Assembly: GCA_043823085.1 (NCBI GenBank)
Contig: JBDRBE010000004.1
Coordinates: 5,510-69,509 of the forward strand
Source: Candidatus Levyibacteriota bacterium
GTDB lineage: Bacteria > Patescibacteriota > Microgenomatia > Levybacterales > UBA12049
Direction of reading: 5' to 3'
DNA: 64,000 nucleotides
The position numbers and the translations under genes were made by a program. The notes beneath the pieces are model-generated. The model saw only the letters and a program-made list of their open reading frames with translations. It was not told the origin of the DNA and made no database searches. Of this stretch, positions 9,133 through 17,144 are shown one piece after another (position 1 is the stretch's first letter; each line of letters opens with the position of its first letter).

Positions 9133-10669
9133 AAAAACACTTTTAATTTTATTTCTTGTTTTTGTAATTTCTCTTCCTGCGATAGTTTTTCTTTTACAAA
9201 AGGGATTTTTTTTGACAGACGATGGAGAGTGGATGGTTATAAGATTTTCCGCTTTTCATCAGGCGCTGCGCGATGGCCAATTCCCCGTTAGGTTTTTGGG
9301 ACGATTAAATTATGGCTATGGATATCCTGTTGCAAATTTCTTATATCCGGGTTTTATGTATATGGCGGAAATTCCTAAAATTTTGGGTTTTGGTTTTGTC
9401 AATTCAATAAAAATAATTTTAGGCTTATCAATGGTCACTTCTGCCATTTTTACATATCTATGGTTGTCAAAATTATTTAATAGAATATCAGCTATTATCG
9501 GTTCTCTTTTCTATCTTTATACTCCTTATCATCTTTTCGACCTTTATAAAAGGGGATCAATCGGTGAAATTCTAGCGTTTTCAATAATTCCTTTTATTCT
9601 TTGGCAGATAGAGCGAAAGAGCCTATTTTGGATAGCGATAGGAATTTCATTTCTAATTCTTTCTCATAACACGCTGGCTCTGCTTTTTGTGCCAGTAATT
9701 TTTCTTTATTGTTTTTTAGGTAAACTATTTTCTATACGCCATACGCTATTTGCCATTCTTATTGGTCTTGGTCTTTCTTCATTTTTTATCATTCCTGTAT
9801 TTTTTGAACTTTCTTATACGCAATTTTCAAATATTCAAATATCAAATTTTAAAAACTATTTTGCACCGTTTGAATTGATTGGTGTTTCGACAATTTTCAT
9901 TTTAATTTTTGCCTCGTTATCTATATTTGATATTTTACAGAAAAAGAATTGGATAAAGCAAAATATTAATAAATTGTTTTTTTTGATGGCTTTTGTAGCT
10001 TTGCTAAGTATTGTTTTAAGCACAAAAGCGAGTCTAATCCTGTGGAATTTTATTCCTGCCTCTCTTGTTCAATTTCCGTTTAGATTCTTGTCTTATCTTC
10101 CGGTATCTCTGGCATTTATCGCAGGGTTTGTCGCTTTTCACTTCAAAGGTAAAAAGCAAATTATTGTTTGTTCAATTTTATTAGTTTCATTGATTTTTTC
10201 AGCCTATTTATTTTTGAAGCCTTCGCAAGTTTTTGATAAAGGGGAAGGATTTTATGCAACAAACGAGGCGACAACTACTGTGCAGGATGAATATATGCCA
10301 AAGTGGGTGAAGAGTAAACCTGCAAAACATTTTGATCAGAAGGTAGAAATAATTAAAGGAAAAGGAAATATCAATGATATTGTTTATAACTCAAAAAATG
10401 TTGGGTTCAATATTCAATCGACAGAAAACACAAAGGTTAGAATAAACACTATTTATTATCCGGGATGGAAAGCGTTTATCAACGGAAAAGAATCAGCGAT
10501 TGAATACAACAATGATTTTGGCGTAATGGATTTATCAATTCCAAAAGGGGAGCATAAGATTGAGTTTAATTTCTCCGAAACTCCTCTTCGTCTATTTGCC
10601 GACATAATTTCAATTTTATCTTTGCTCACGTTGTTTTTGGTCACAAAAATTTATAAGTCTAAGTTCTGA
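9125..10669 (+). CDS. YfhO-related large membrane protein, family B (HDG..H..R / GYGYP N-terminus, YYPGW..PKGEH C-terminal module) B1
   Basis: 514 aa. TDDGEWMVIRF...FPVRFLGRLNYGYGYPVANFLYP, many TM segments, C-terminal IYYPGWKAFINGKE...IPKGEHKIEF plus a terminal TM. Possibly the PTPS-related membrane family (unverified). Confidence 0.6.
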   Translation: MNKKTLLILFLVFVISLPAIVFLLQKGFFLTDDGEWMVIRFSAFHQALRDGQFPVRFLGRLNYGYGYPVANFLYPGFMYMAEIPKILGFGFVNSIKIILGLSMVTSAIFTYLWLSKLFNRISAIIGSLFYLYTPYHLFDLYKRGSIGEILAFSIIPFILWQIERKSLFWIAIGISFLILSHNTLALLFVPVIFLYCFLGKLFSIRHTLFAILIGLGLSSFFIIPVFFELSYTQFSNIQISNFKNYFAPFELIGVSTIFILIFASLSIFDILQKKNWIKQNINKLFFLMAFVALLSIVLSTKASLILWNFIPASLVQFPFRFLSYLPVSLAFIAGFVAFHFKGKKQIIVCSILLVSLIFSAYLFLKPSQVFDKGEGFYATNEATTTVQDEYMPKWVKSKPAKHFDQKVEIIKGKGNINDIVYNSKNVGFNIQSTENTKVRINTIYYPGWKAFINGKESAIEYNNDFGVMDLSIPKGEHKIEFNFSETPLRLFADIISILSLLTLFLVTKIYKSKF

Positions 10670-10704
10670 ATAATTCCGCTTCATTTAGTATAATAATAGG
10701 TAGC

Positions 10705-12423
10705 ATGAACTTATTGAGAAGAAATTTTGGGTTGATTGTCGTTCTCCTTTTGTCAATTCTTTCCATTTTGCCGCTTTTTCATTCAGGACTTTTTCCAATA
10801 CATGATGATACGCAGGTTGCCAGGGTTTATGAGATGGGCAAGAGCTTAGGAGACGGAATGTTTCCGGTTAGATGGGTGGCGGATCTTGGTTATGGTTACG
10901 GCTATCCGATTTTTAATTTTTACGCCCCATTTGCTTATTACATTGGAGGATTGTTTACTCTCTTGGGTTTTGATGCGCTTATTGCTACAAAGATAATGAT
11001 GGGGCTAGGAGTTATTTTTTCCGGAGTTTTCATGTATCTTTTAGCAAAAGAATTTTGGGGAGAAATTGGCGGTATTACGGCTGGCTTATTCTATGTTTTT
11101 GCGCCATATCATGCGCTTGATATTTATGTTAGGGGAGACGTGGGGGAATACTATGCCTATGCATTTATCCCATTAGTCTTCTTGGGGCTACATAAAGTTT
11201 TTAAAGAAGCTAATCGTAATAAATTAAATATCAAATGGATTGCAGTTGGTGCCTTTGGATACGCCGGACTTATCACGTCGCACAATCTTACGGCGATGAT
11301 GGTAACACCATTTCTTATAATTGTTCTATTATTCTATTATTCTATTGTTTGTAGGAAGAAAGAACTATCCGCTATCAACTATCCGCTATGTGTTATTTTC
11401 TTCGGTTTATTATTGTCAGCATTTTATTGGCTTCCAGTATTTTTGGAAATGAAATATACCAATGTTTTATCGCAAATTGGCGGTGGAGCGGATTTTCGTG
11501 ATCATTTTATTTGTGTTGGGCAGCTTTGGGATAGTCCGTGGGGATTTGGGGGATCGGCAAAAGGTTGTATCGATGGCTTATCTTTTAAAATCGGTAAATT
11601 ACACTTACTAATAGTTTTGGTTTTATTAATATTTAGCGTTTGGAGTACATTCAAGAGGAAATACTTAAATGATATATATCATTTAAGTGAGGAGACGGCG
11701 GCCATATTTCTTTCTGTTATTGGTTTAATCTTATTGATTTTTTTAACACTGGAAATATCAAAGCCGGTTTGGCACGCGATTCCTCTCATGGCGTTTTTTC
11801 AATACCCTTGGAGATTTTTATTGTTGATATCATTTTTCTCTTCATTTCTGGCTGGCTCAATTTTCTGGTACTTAAAAAAACTTAATTTCTTAGCAATTTT
11901 TGTGTCATTCTTTTTGATTTTTATTTTAATTTTTTTCAATCTTAAGTTATTTTCGCCTCAAAATTTTAATCTCAAAAATGCCAGCGATTATACAAATGAA
12001 ATTGCATTAAAATGGGTAACTTCAAGAGTTTCGGATGAATATATGCCAAAGGATTTTTTTAAGCCCAAATCTTTTGAACAGATTTCTACGAAAATAATTT
12101 CAAGCGAAGATAAACCAATAATTATTAATGTTTTGTCTTCAAAAACGCAAAGTTTTACGGCAAAAGTCTATGCTTTGGATCATGCGTCTGTATTGTTAAA
12201 TATCGCATATTTTCCGGCATGGAATGTTTTTATCGATGAAAAAGTGTTTAATTATCAAATAACAAATCAAGGATTACGTATCGAATTTCCAAAAGGAGAA
12301 CATAATCTGACTGTTAAATTTATTGAAACGCCAATAGAAAGAATTAGTAATATTTTATCTCTGATTGGTATTACGGTTATTATTATTGGTATAATCTATG
12401 CAAGAAAGAGGTCTGTTTCGTGA
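10705..12423 (+). CDS. YfhO-related large membrane protein, family B (B2)
   Basis: 572 aa. HDDTQVARVYEM...FPVRWVADLGYGYGYPIFNFYAP; C-terminal YFPAWNVFIDEK...FPKGEHNLTVKF. Confidence 0.6.
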   Translation: MNLLRRNFGLIVVLLLSILSILPLFHSGLFPIHDDTQVARVYEMGKSLGDGMFPVRWVADLGYGYGYPIFNFYAPFAYYIGGLFTLLGFDALIATKIMMGLGVIFSGVFMYLLAKEFWGEIGGITAGLFYVFAPYHALDIYVRGDVGEYYAYAFIPLVFLGLHKVFKEANRNKLNIKWIAVGAFGYAGLITSHNLTAMMVTPFLIIVLLFYYSIVCRKKELSAINYPLCVIFFGLLLSAFYWLPVFLEMKYTNVLSQIGGGADFRDHFICVGQLWDSPWGFGGSAKGCIDGLSFKIGKLHLLIVLVLLIFSVWSTFKRKYLNDIYHLSEETAAIFLSVIGLILLIFLTLEISKPVWHAIPLMAFFQYPWRFLLLISFFSSFLAGSIFWYLKKLNFLAIFVSFFLIFILIFFNLKLFSPQNFNLKNASDYTNEIALKWVTSRVSDEYMPKDFFKPKSFEQISTKIISSEDKPIIINVLSSKTQSFTAKVYALDHASVLLNIAYFPAWNVFIDEKVFNYQITNQGLRIEFPKGEHNLTVKFIETPIERISNILSLIGITVIIIGIIYARKRSVS

Positions 12424-13133
12424 ATAAAAGAGTACCCGAGCTTTCAATTTTTTTTCCCTTTTGGAATGAGGAAAAAAATATAGAAAAAGTTGTTAGGAAT
12501 GCCATTCCTGTAGCCGAAAAAGTGGCTTTGAAATGGGAAATTATTATGATAGATGACGGATCGTCCGATAAAACACTTAAGATTTGTCAAAAACTAGCTA
12601 GGGAAAATAATCATCTTCGGGTAATTTCACACAAGCCAAACAGAGGATATGGTGCCGCACTTAAAGAAGGATTTGAAAACGCAAAATACGATTTGGTTGT
12701 TTTTAATGACGGTGATGGGCAATTTGATTTTTCGCAAGTGAATAAATTTATTGAGAAAATAGATGATGCGGATATGGTTATTGGTTTTAGAAAAAAACGT
12801 TTAGACAATCCCTTCAGACATTTCTTAATGAATCTTCTAAAGATTTGGGATGCTGTATTTTTTGGATTCTATTTTCGCGATATCGATTGCGGTTTTAAAT
12901 TATTTAAAAAAAGAGCCTTACAGAGAATGGAGCCTTTTATGTCAGAAGGAGCGATGATAACAACCGAAATTTTGGCAAAAGCAAAGAAGAGCAAGATGAA
13001 AATTTTGGAAGTTGAAGTTTCTCATTTTCCAAGAAAATATGGCGATCAAAGCGGAGGGAATCTTAGAGTTATTGTTCGGGCAATTAAAGAGAGTTTTAAT
13101 TTATGGAATAATTTAAATTATGGAAGAGCTTGA
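12420..13133 (+). CDS. Family-2 glycosyltransferase, Dpm1-like
   Basis: GTG start overlapping the upstream stop (GTGA). Motifs FFPFWNEE..IIMIDDGSSDKT..NDGDGQFD (DXD region) and CGFKLF. Confidence 0.75.
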   Translation: MNKRVPELSIFFPFWNEEKNIEKVVRNAIPVAEKVALKWEIIMIDDGSSDKTLKICQKLARENNHLRVISHKPNRGYGAALKEGFENAKYDLVVFNDGDGQFDFSQVNKFIEKIDDADMVIGFRKKRLDNPFRHFLMNLLKIWDAVFFGFYFRDIDCGFKLFKKRALQRMEPFMSEGAMITTEILAKAKKSKMKILEVEVSHFPRKYGDQSGGNLRVIVRAIKESFNLWNNLNYGRA

Positions 13134-14574
13134 TATCAGTTTAATAAAAAAAAGGTCTATTCAGGGTGTTTTTGCTCTCGTTTCAAGAACTTTTTTTATT
13201 CAGGTAATTAGTTTTGGCGTTAATTTTCTTTTGACGATTTTTCTATCACCTGCGATTTTTGGTGTTTATTTTATTGTTACGGCAGTCATTTCTTTTTTAA
13301 CATATTTTTCTGATATTGGTCTTGCTGCGGCACTAATCCAAAAGAAAGATGCTTTGACCCAAGAAGATCTTAAAACAACTTTTACTTTACAACAAGTGTT
13401 AGTTGTTTCGATTTCTCTAGTCGCACTTTTTTCCTCTGGCTGGATTGGAAAGTTTTACAATCTTAATTTAGAAGGCGTTTGGCTTTTTAGAGCGTTGGTA
13501 ATTGCCTTTTTTCTCTCCTCTCTAAAAACAATTCCCTCCGTTATTATGGAAAGAAATCTTCGATTTCAAAAATTTGTCATTCCTCAAGTTGTCGAAACAC
13601 TTTTTTTTAATGCAACGGTTTTATTTTTTGCAATTAAAGGATTTGGTATTACAAGTTTTACCTATGCAGTTTTGGCCAGAGGAATTTCTGGAGTGATCAC
13701 CATTTACATCGTTTCGCCTTGGAGGATAAAATTTGGTTTTTCTAAAAGTGCGGCCAGGAAACTCCTTTCTTTTGGGATACCATTTCAGACAAACAGCCTT
13801 TTGGCTTTACTTAAAGATGATTTATTAACTGTATACCTTGGAAAAATTTTGCCTCTTGCCCAAGTTGGCTATATTGGTTTTGCCCAAAAGTGGGCACTAA
13901 CTCCTTTAAGGCTAATTATGGATAATATTATTCGCATTACTTTTCCATCTTTTTCTAGGCTTCAACATGAAAAAAAAGTTTTGAGTCAGGCTTTGGAAAA
14001 ATCCTTATTTGCCTCGACTTTTTTTATTTTTCCATCAATTCTTGGATTAGTTATACTTTTTAGTTATCTTATTGCATTAATTCCAAAATATAATAAATGG
14101 GAACCGGCGCTTTTTTCTCTTTCTTTTTTCGCTATCAATGCGGCTCTCTCGTCTATATCAACGCCATTAACAAATGCTTTAAATGCAATCGGTAAAATAA
14201 AAATAACTCTTTTTTTGATGATTTTTTGGGTTATTGCGACTTGGATTTTAACTCCATTTGCTATCTTTTTATTTGGTTTTAATGGAGTTTCGATGGCCTC
14301 GGCCTTTTTATCAATCTCAGTAATAATAGTTGTCTTCCTTGTCAGAAAGTTTGTAGAATTTGATATATTTAAATCAGTGGGATATCCTTTCTTGGCATCT
14401 ATTGTTATGGCGGTTTTTCTTTATTTTTTAAGTCCTATTATTGTAAAAAATATTGCAATGTTAATTATTATGATAATTGCTGGTGCACTTATTTATTTTA
14501 TGACGATTTTCCTTTTGGCAAAAAACCAACTGTTGGCAGATATAAGATTAATAAGAGAAAACTTGAGGAGATAA
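13120..14574 (+). CDS. Wzx-like oligosaccharide/polysaccharide flippase (MOP superfamily)
   Basis: 484 aa, about 12-14 TM segments. N-terminus ...FALVSRTFFIQVISFGVNFLLTIFLSPAIFGVY...GLAAALIQKKD is typical of Polysacc_synt/Wzx proteins. Confidence 0.7.
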   Translation: MEELDISLIKKRSIQGVFALVSRTFFIQVISFGVNFLLTIFLSPAIFGVYFIVTAVISFLTYFSDIGLAAALIQKKDALTQEDLKTTFTLQQVLVVSISLVALFSSGWIGKFYNLNLEGVWLFRALVIAFFLSSLKTIPSVIMERNLRFQKFVIPQVVETLFFNATVLFFAIKGFGITSFTYAVLARGISGVITIYIVSPWRIKFGFSKSAARKLLSFGIPFQTNSLLALLKDDLLTVYLGKILPLAQVGYIGFAQKWALTPLRLIMDNIIRITFPSFSRLQHEKKVLSQALEKSLFASTFFIFPSILGLVILFSYLIALIPKYNKWEPALFSLSFFAINAALSSISTPLTNALNAIGKIKITLFLMIFWVIATWILTPFAIFLFGFNGVSMASAFLSISVIIVVFLVRKFVEFDIFKSVGYPFLASIVMAVFLYFLSPIIVKNIAMLIIMIIAGALIYFMTIFLLAKNQLLADIRLIRENLRR

Positions 14575-14575
14575 A

Positions 14576-15487
14576 ATGAATAAAATTTCGGCAGTTATAA
14601 CCTGTTTTAATGAGGAAAAAAAGATAAAAGATTGTTTGGAGTCAGTCCTTTGGGCAGATGAGATTATTTTGGTTGATAATTCATCGAAAGACAAAACAGT
14701 CGAGATTGTAAAGAAATATACAAAAAATATTTTTAACCAAGAAAACGATCCTGGTGCGATAGATATTTTAAAGAATTTTGGTTTTTCTAAAGCAAGTAGC
14801 GAGTGGATTTTAAGTCTTGATGCCGATGAGAGAGTAACGCCTGAATTAAGAAAAGAAATTGAATCAACAATCAACAACCAGCAATCAGCAATCAACGGCT
14901 ACTGGATTCCGAGAAAAAATATTATTTTTGGTAAATGGATAGAACATACCGGTTGGTATCCTGATTTTCAATTAAGATTGTTTCGAAAAGGGAGAGGAAA
15001 GTTTATTAAGAAACATTTTCATGAAATGCTTGAACTTAATGGTAAAACTGAAAATCTTAATTCTAATTTACTGCATTATAACTATGAAAGTGTTCTGCAG
15101 TTTTTAAACCGTCATGCCAATATTTATGCGCAAAATGAAGTAGAGAATATTTTGGAAAAAGGTTATATTTTTAATTATCTTGATGCAATTCGTTTCCCTT
15201 TTAACGAATTTTTAAGTAGATTTTTCAAAAGAGAAGGATACAAAGATGGGATTCACGGATTAGTGCTTTCGCTTCTAATGGCTTTTTATCATTTGATTAT
15301 CTTTTCGTTAATTTGGGAGAAAGAGAAATTCAAAGAATTGGAAAAAGAAAATATTCTTAAGGCAACGGAAAATGAGTTCAGAAAAGAGTGTAAAGATATT
15401 GGGTTTTGGTTCTTAAATGAGAAGATAAAACAAACGGGCAACCTATTTAGCAAATTTCGGTTAAAAGTAAAACGTAAGTTTTTTTGA
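14576..15487 (+). CDS. Family-2 glycosyltransferase, WaaE/KdtX-like
   Basis: Motifs SAVITCFNEE, ILVDNSSKDKT, SLDADERVTPEL, NGYWIPRKN and WYPDFQLRLFRKG. Paralogs at 19099 and 41143. Confidence 0.75.
   Translation: MNKISAVITCFNEEKKIKDCLESVLWADEIILVDNSSKDKTVEIVKKYTKNIFNQENDPGAIDILKNFGFSKASSEWILSLDADERVTPELRKEIESTINNQQSAINGYWIPRKNIIFGKWIEHTGWYPDFQLRLFRKGRGKFIKKHFHEMLELNGKTENLNSNLLHYNYESVLQFLNRHANIYAQNEVENILEKGYIFNYLDAIRFPFNEFLSRFFKREGYKDGIHGLVLSLLMAFYHLIIFSLIWEKEKFKELEKENILKATENEFRKECKDIGFWFLNEKIKQTGNLFSKFRLKVKRKFF
14862..14896. repeat. Imperfect heptanucleotide tandem repeat (aatcaac/aaccagc/aatcagc, 5 units) inside a GT2 CDS
   Basis: 7-nt periodicity over 35 nt, read directly. Encodes STINNQQSAING just before the NGYWIP motif. 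Confidence 0.6.
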
Positions 15488-15488
15488 T

Positions 15489-16181
15489 ATGCTCTCAAAA
15501 CTTAGTCGAATTTTATCTTGGAAATTAATTTTTGTTTTAATTTTTATTAATTTGGCTATTTTAGACTACTTAGCAATCACAGGCATTAATTCTTTTGTAG
15601 AACTTAAAAATCAGATACTCAAGAATGCAAGCATTGTATTGCCAGAAATCGAACAGGTAAAACCAAGCGTTATTTCAACTCCTGCAACAGACGAATCATG
15701 TTCTTTGTCCTGCATAACAAAAATAAATGAAGCTATGTCTTCGTTAAAGCTTTCCTCGCCAACTTCAAAAATTGTTCCTACTTCGCCGTTAAATAATACT
15801 CCTCAATTTTCGTCGCAAGTCAAGGAATTTTTTATTCCGTTTGGTTCAGGGACGAATTCGACAGATGATTGGGCAGATGTTTCGGGTCTTGCGGCAACAA
15901 TAGATACAACACAATATAATCAGATAAAAAGTGCATATTTTGAAGTATCCCTTCGAATACCAACCGGAAATGAAAAAGCTTATGCGAGGCTTTATAATGC
16001 AACGGACAAACACCCTGTCTGGTTTTCGGACGTTTCTATAGAAGGAGGGACTCCGCAGCTTGTAATTTCAAATCCAATTATACTCGATGCTGGTAAAAAA
16101 CTTTACCAGGTCCAAATGAAAACAAGCCTTAAATATCCAGCATTAATCGATCAGGCAAGAGTGCATATTAATACCTATTAG
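15489..16181 (+). CDS. Hypothetical membrane-anchored protein with Ser/Thr/Pro-rich linker
   Basis: N-terminal TM (LIFVLIFINLAIL), then S/T/P-rich low-complexity segment (PSVISTPATDESCS...SSPTSKIVPTSPLNNTPQFSS), then a beta-rich C-terminal domain. Confidence 0.5.
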   Translation: MLSKLSRILSWKLIFVLIFINLAILDYLAITGINSFVELKNQILKNASIVLPEIEQVKPSVISTPATDESCSLSCITKINEAMSSLKLSSPTSKIVPTSPLNNTPQFSSQVKEFFIPFGSGTNSTDDWADVSGLAATIDTTQYNQIKSAYFEVSLRIPTGNEKAYARLYNATDKHPVWFSDVSIEGGTPQLVISNPIILDAGKKLYQVQMKTSLKYPALIDQARVHINTY

Positions 16182-17141
16182 ATGAAAAAAATCGCAATCG
16201 TTATCCTTCATTTTAATGGAGAAAAAGATACACTTCGATGCTTAGATAGTATTGAACAGTTATCCTGCGAAGCAGGATCTCGCTTCGCGAGGCAAGTTAT
16301 CGTGGTTGATAATGGATCAGATGAAGAATTCAAAGTTCCCGCCTTCGCCCCTTCGACTCCGCTCAGGGCTTCGGCGGGCAAACAAAATTCAATTAAGGAA
16401 GTAAAAGTTATTAGGAATGAAAGAAACTTGGGGTTTGCGGGTGGAAATAATGTCGGAATCAAATACGCGCTTGAAAATGGGGCGGATTACGTTCTAATTC
16501 TCAATAATGATACTTTAGTTGATAAAGGTTTGATTACGGAATTATTAAAAGTTGCAGATTCCGATGAAAAGATTGGAATTGTTGCTCCTAAAATATATTT
16601 TGCCAAAGGATTTGAATTCCATAAAGACCGATACCGTGAAAGCGAACGCGGTAGAATAATTTGGTATGCGGGAGGGATCATGGATTGGAAAAATATTATT
16701 GGGCATCATCGGGGAGTTGATGAGGTTGATAAAGGTCAGTTTGAAAAAGTAGAAGAAACGGATTATGCTACCGGTTGTTGCATGTTAATAAAAAAAGAAG
16801 TATTCGAAATGATAGGCTTTTTGGATAAAAAATATTTTTTATATTATGAAGATAGTGATTTCAGCCAAAGATCAAAATTAGTAGGGTATAAAATAAAATT
16901 TGTCCCAAAAGCGATTGTTTGGCACAAAAATGCGGGTTCGGCCGGAGGTTCGGGTTCTTCAATGCAGGATTATTATATAACTCGAAACCGTTTAATTTTT
17001 GGAATAAAATATGCTTCTCTTAGAGCGAAGTTGGCTTTAATAAAAGAAACCATCAAATTGTTTTTTTCCGGAAGACCGTGGCAAAAAAGAGGTGTTTTTG
17101 ATTTTTATTTAATGAAATTTAATAAAGGCAGTTACCGATAA
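16182..17141 (+). CDS. Family-2 glycosyltransferase (rhamnosyltransferase-like; paralog of 57373) carrying GC-rich in-frame insertions
   Basis: Motifs AIVILHFNGE..VIVVDNGSDE..NLGFAGGNN..ILNNDTLV; C-terminal YYEDSDF. Compared with the 57373 paralog it has extra GC-rich segments at 16265-16294 and 16334-16385. Confidence 0.75.
   Translation: MKKIAIVILHFNGEKDTLRCLDSIEQLSCEAGSRFARQVIVVDNGSDEEFKVPAFAPSTPLRASAGKQNSIKEVKVIRNERNLGFAGGNNVGIKYALENGADYVLILNNDTLVDKGLITELLKVADSDEKIGIVAPKIYFAKGFEFHKDRYRESERGRIIWYAGGIMDWKNIIGHHRGVDEVDKGQFEKVEETDYATGCCMLIKKEVFEMIGFLDKKYFLYYEDSDFSQRSKLVGYKIKFVPKAIVWHKNAGSAGGSGSSMQDYYITRNRLIFGIKYASLRAKLALIKETIKLFFSGRPWQKRGVFDFYLMKFNKGSYR
16258..16301. repeat. GC-rich palindromic in-frame insertion (ctgcgaagcaggatctcgcttcgcgaggca) flanked by 7-bp direct repeat agttatc
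   Basis: Two short hairpins (cctgc-gaa-gcagg; ctcgc-ttc-gcgag) in an AT-rich gene, with agttatc on both sides. Encodes SCEAGSRFARQ, which the paralog lacks. Confidence 0.6.
16327..16392. repeat. GC-rich in-frame insertion (cccgccttcgccccttcgactccgctcagggcttcggcgggc) flanked by direct repeat aattcaa
   Basis: Terminal inverted cccgcc/ggcggg. Shares cccttcgact...ctcagg with the intergenic element at 26779-26834. Encodes PAFAPSTPLRASAGKQ, which the paralog lacks. Confidence 0.55.
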
Positions 17142-17144
17142 AAA

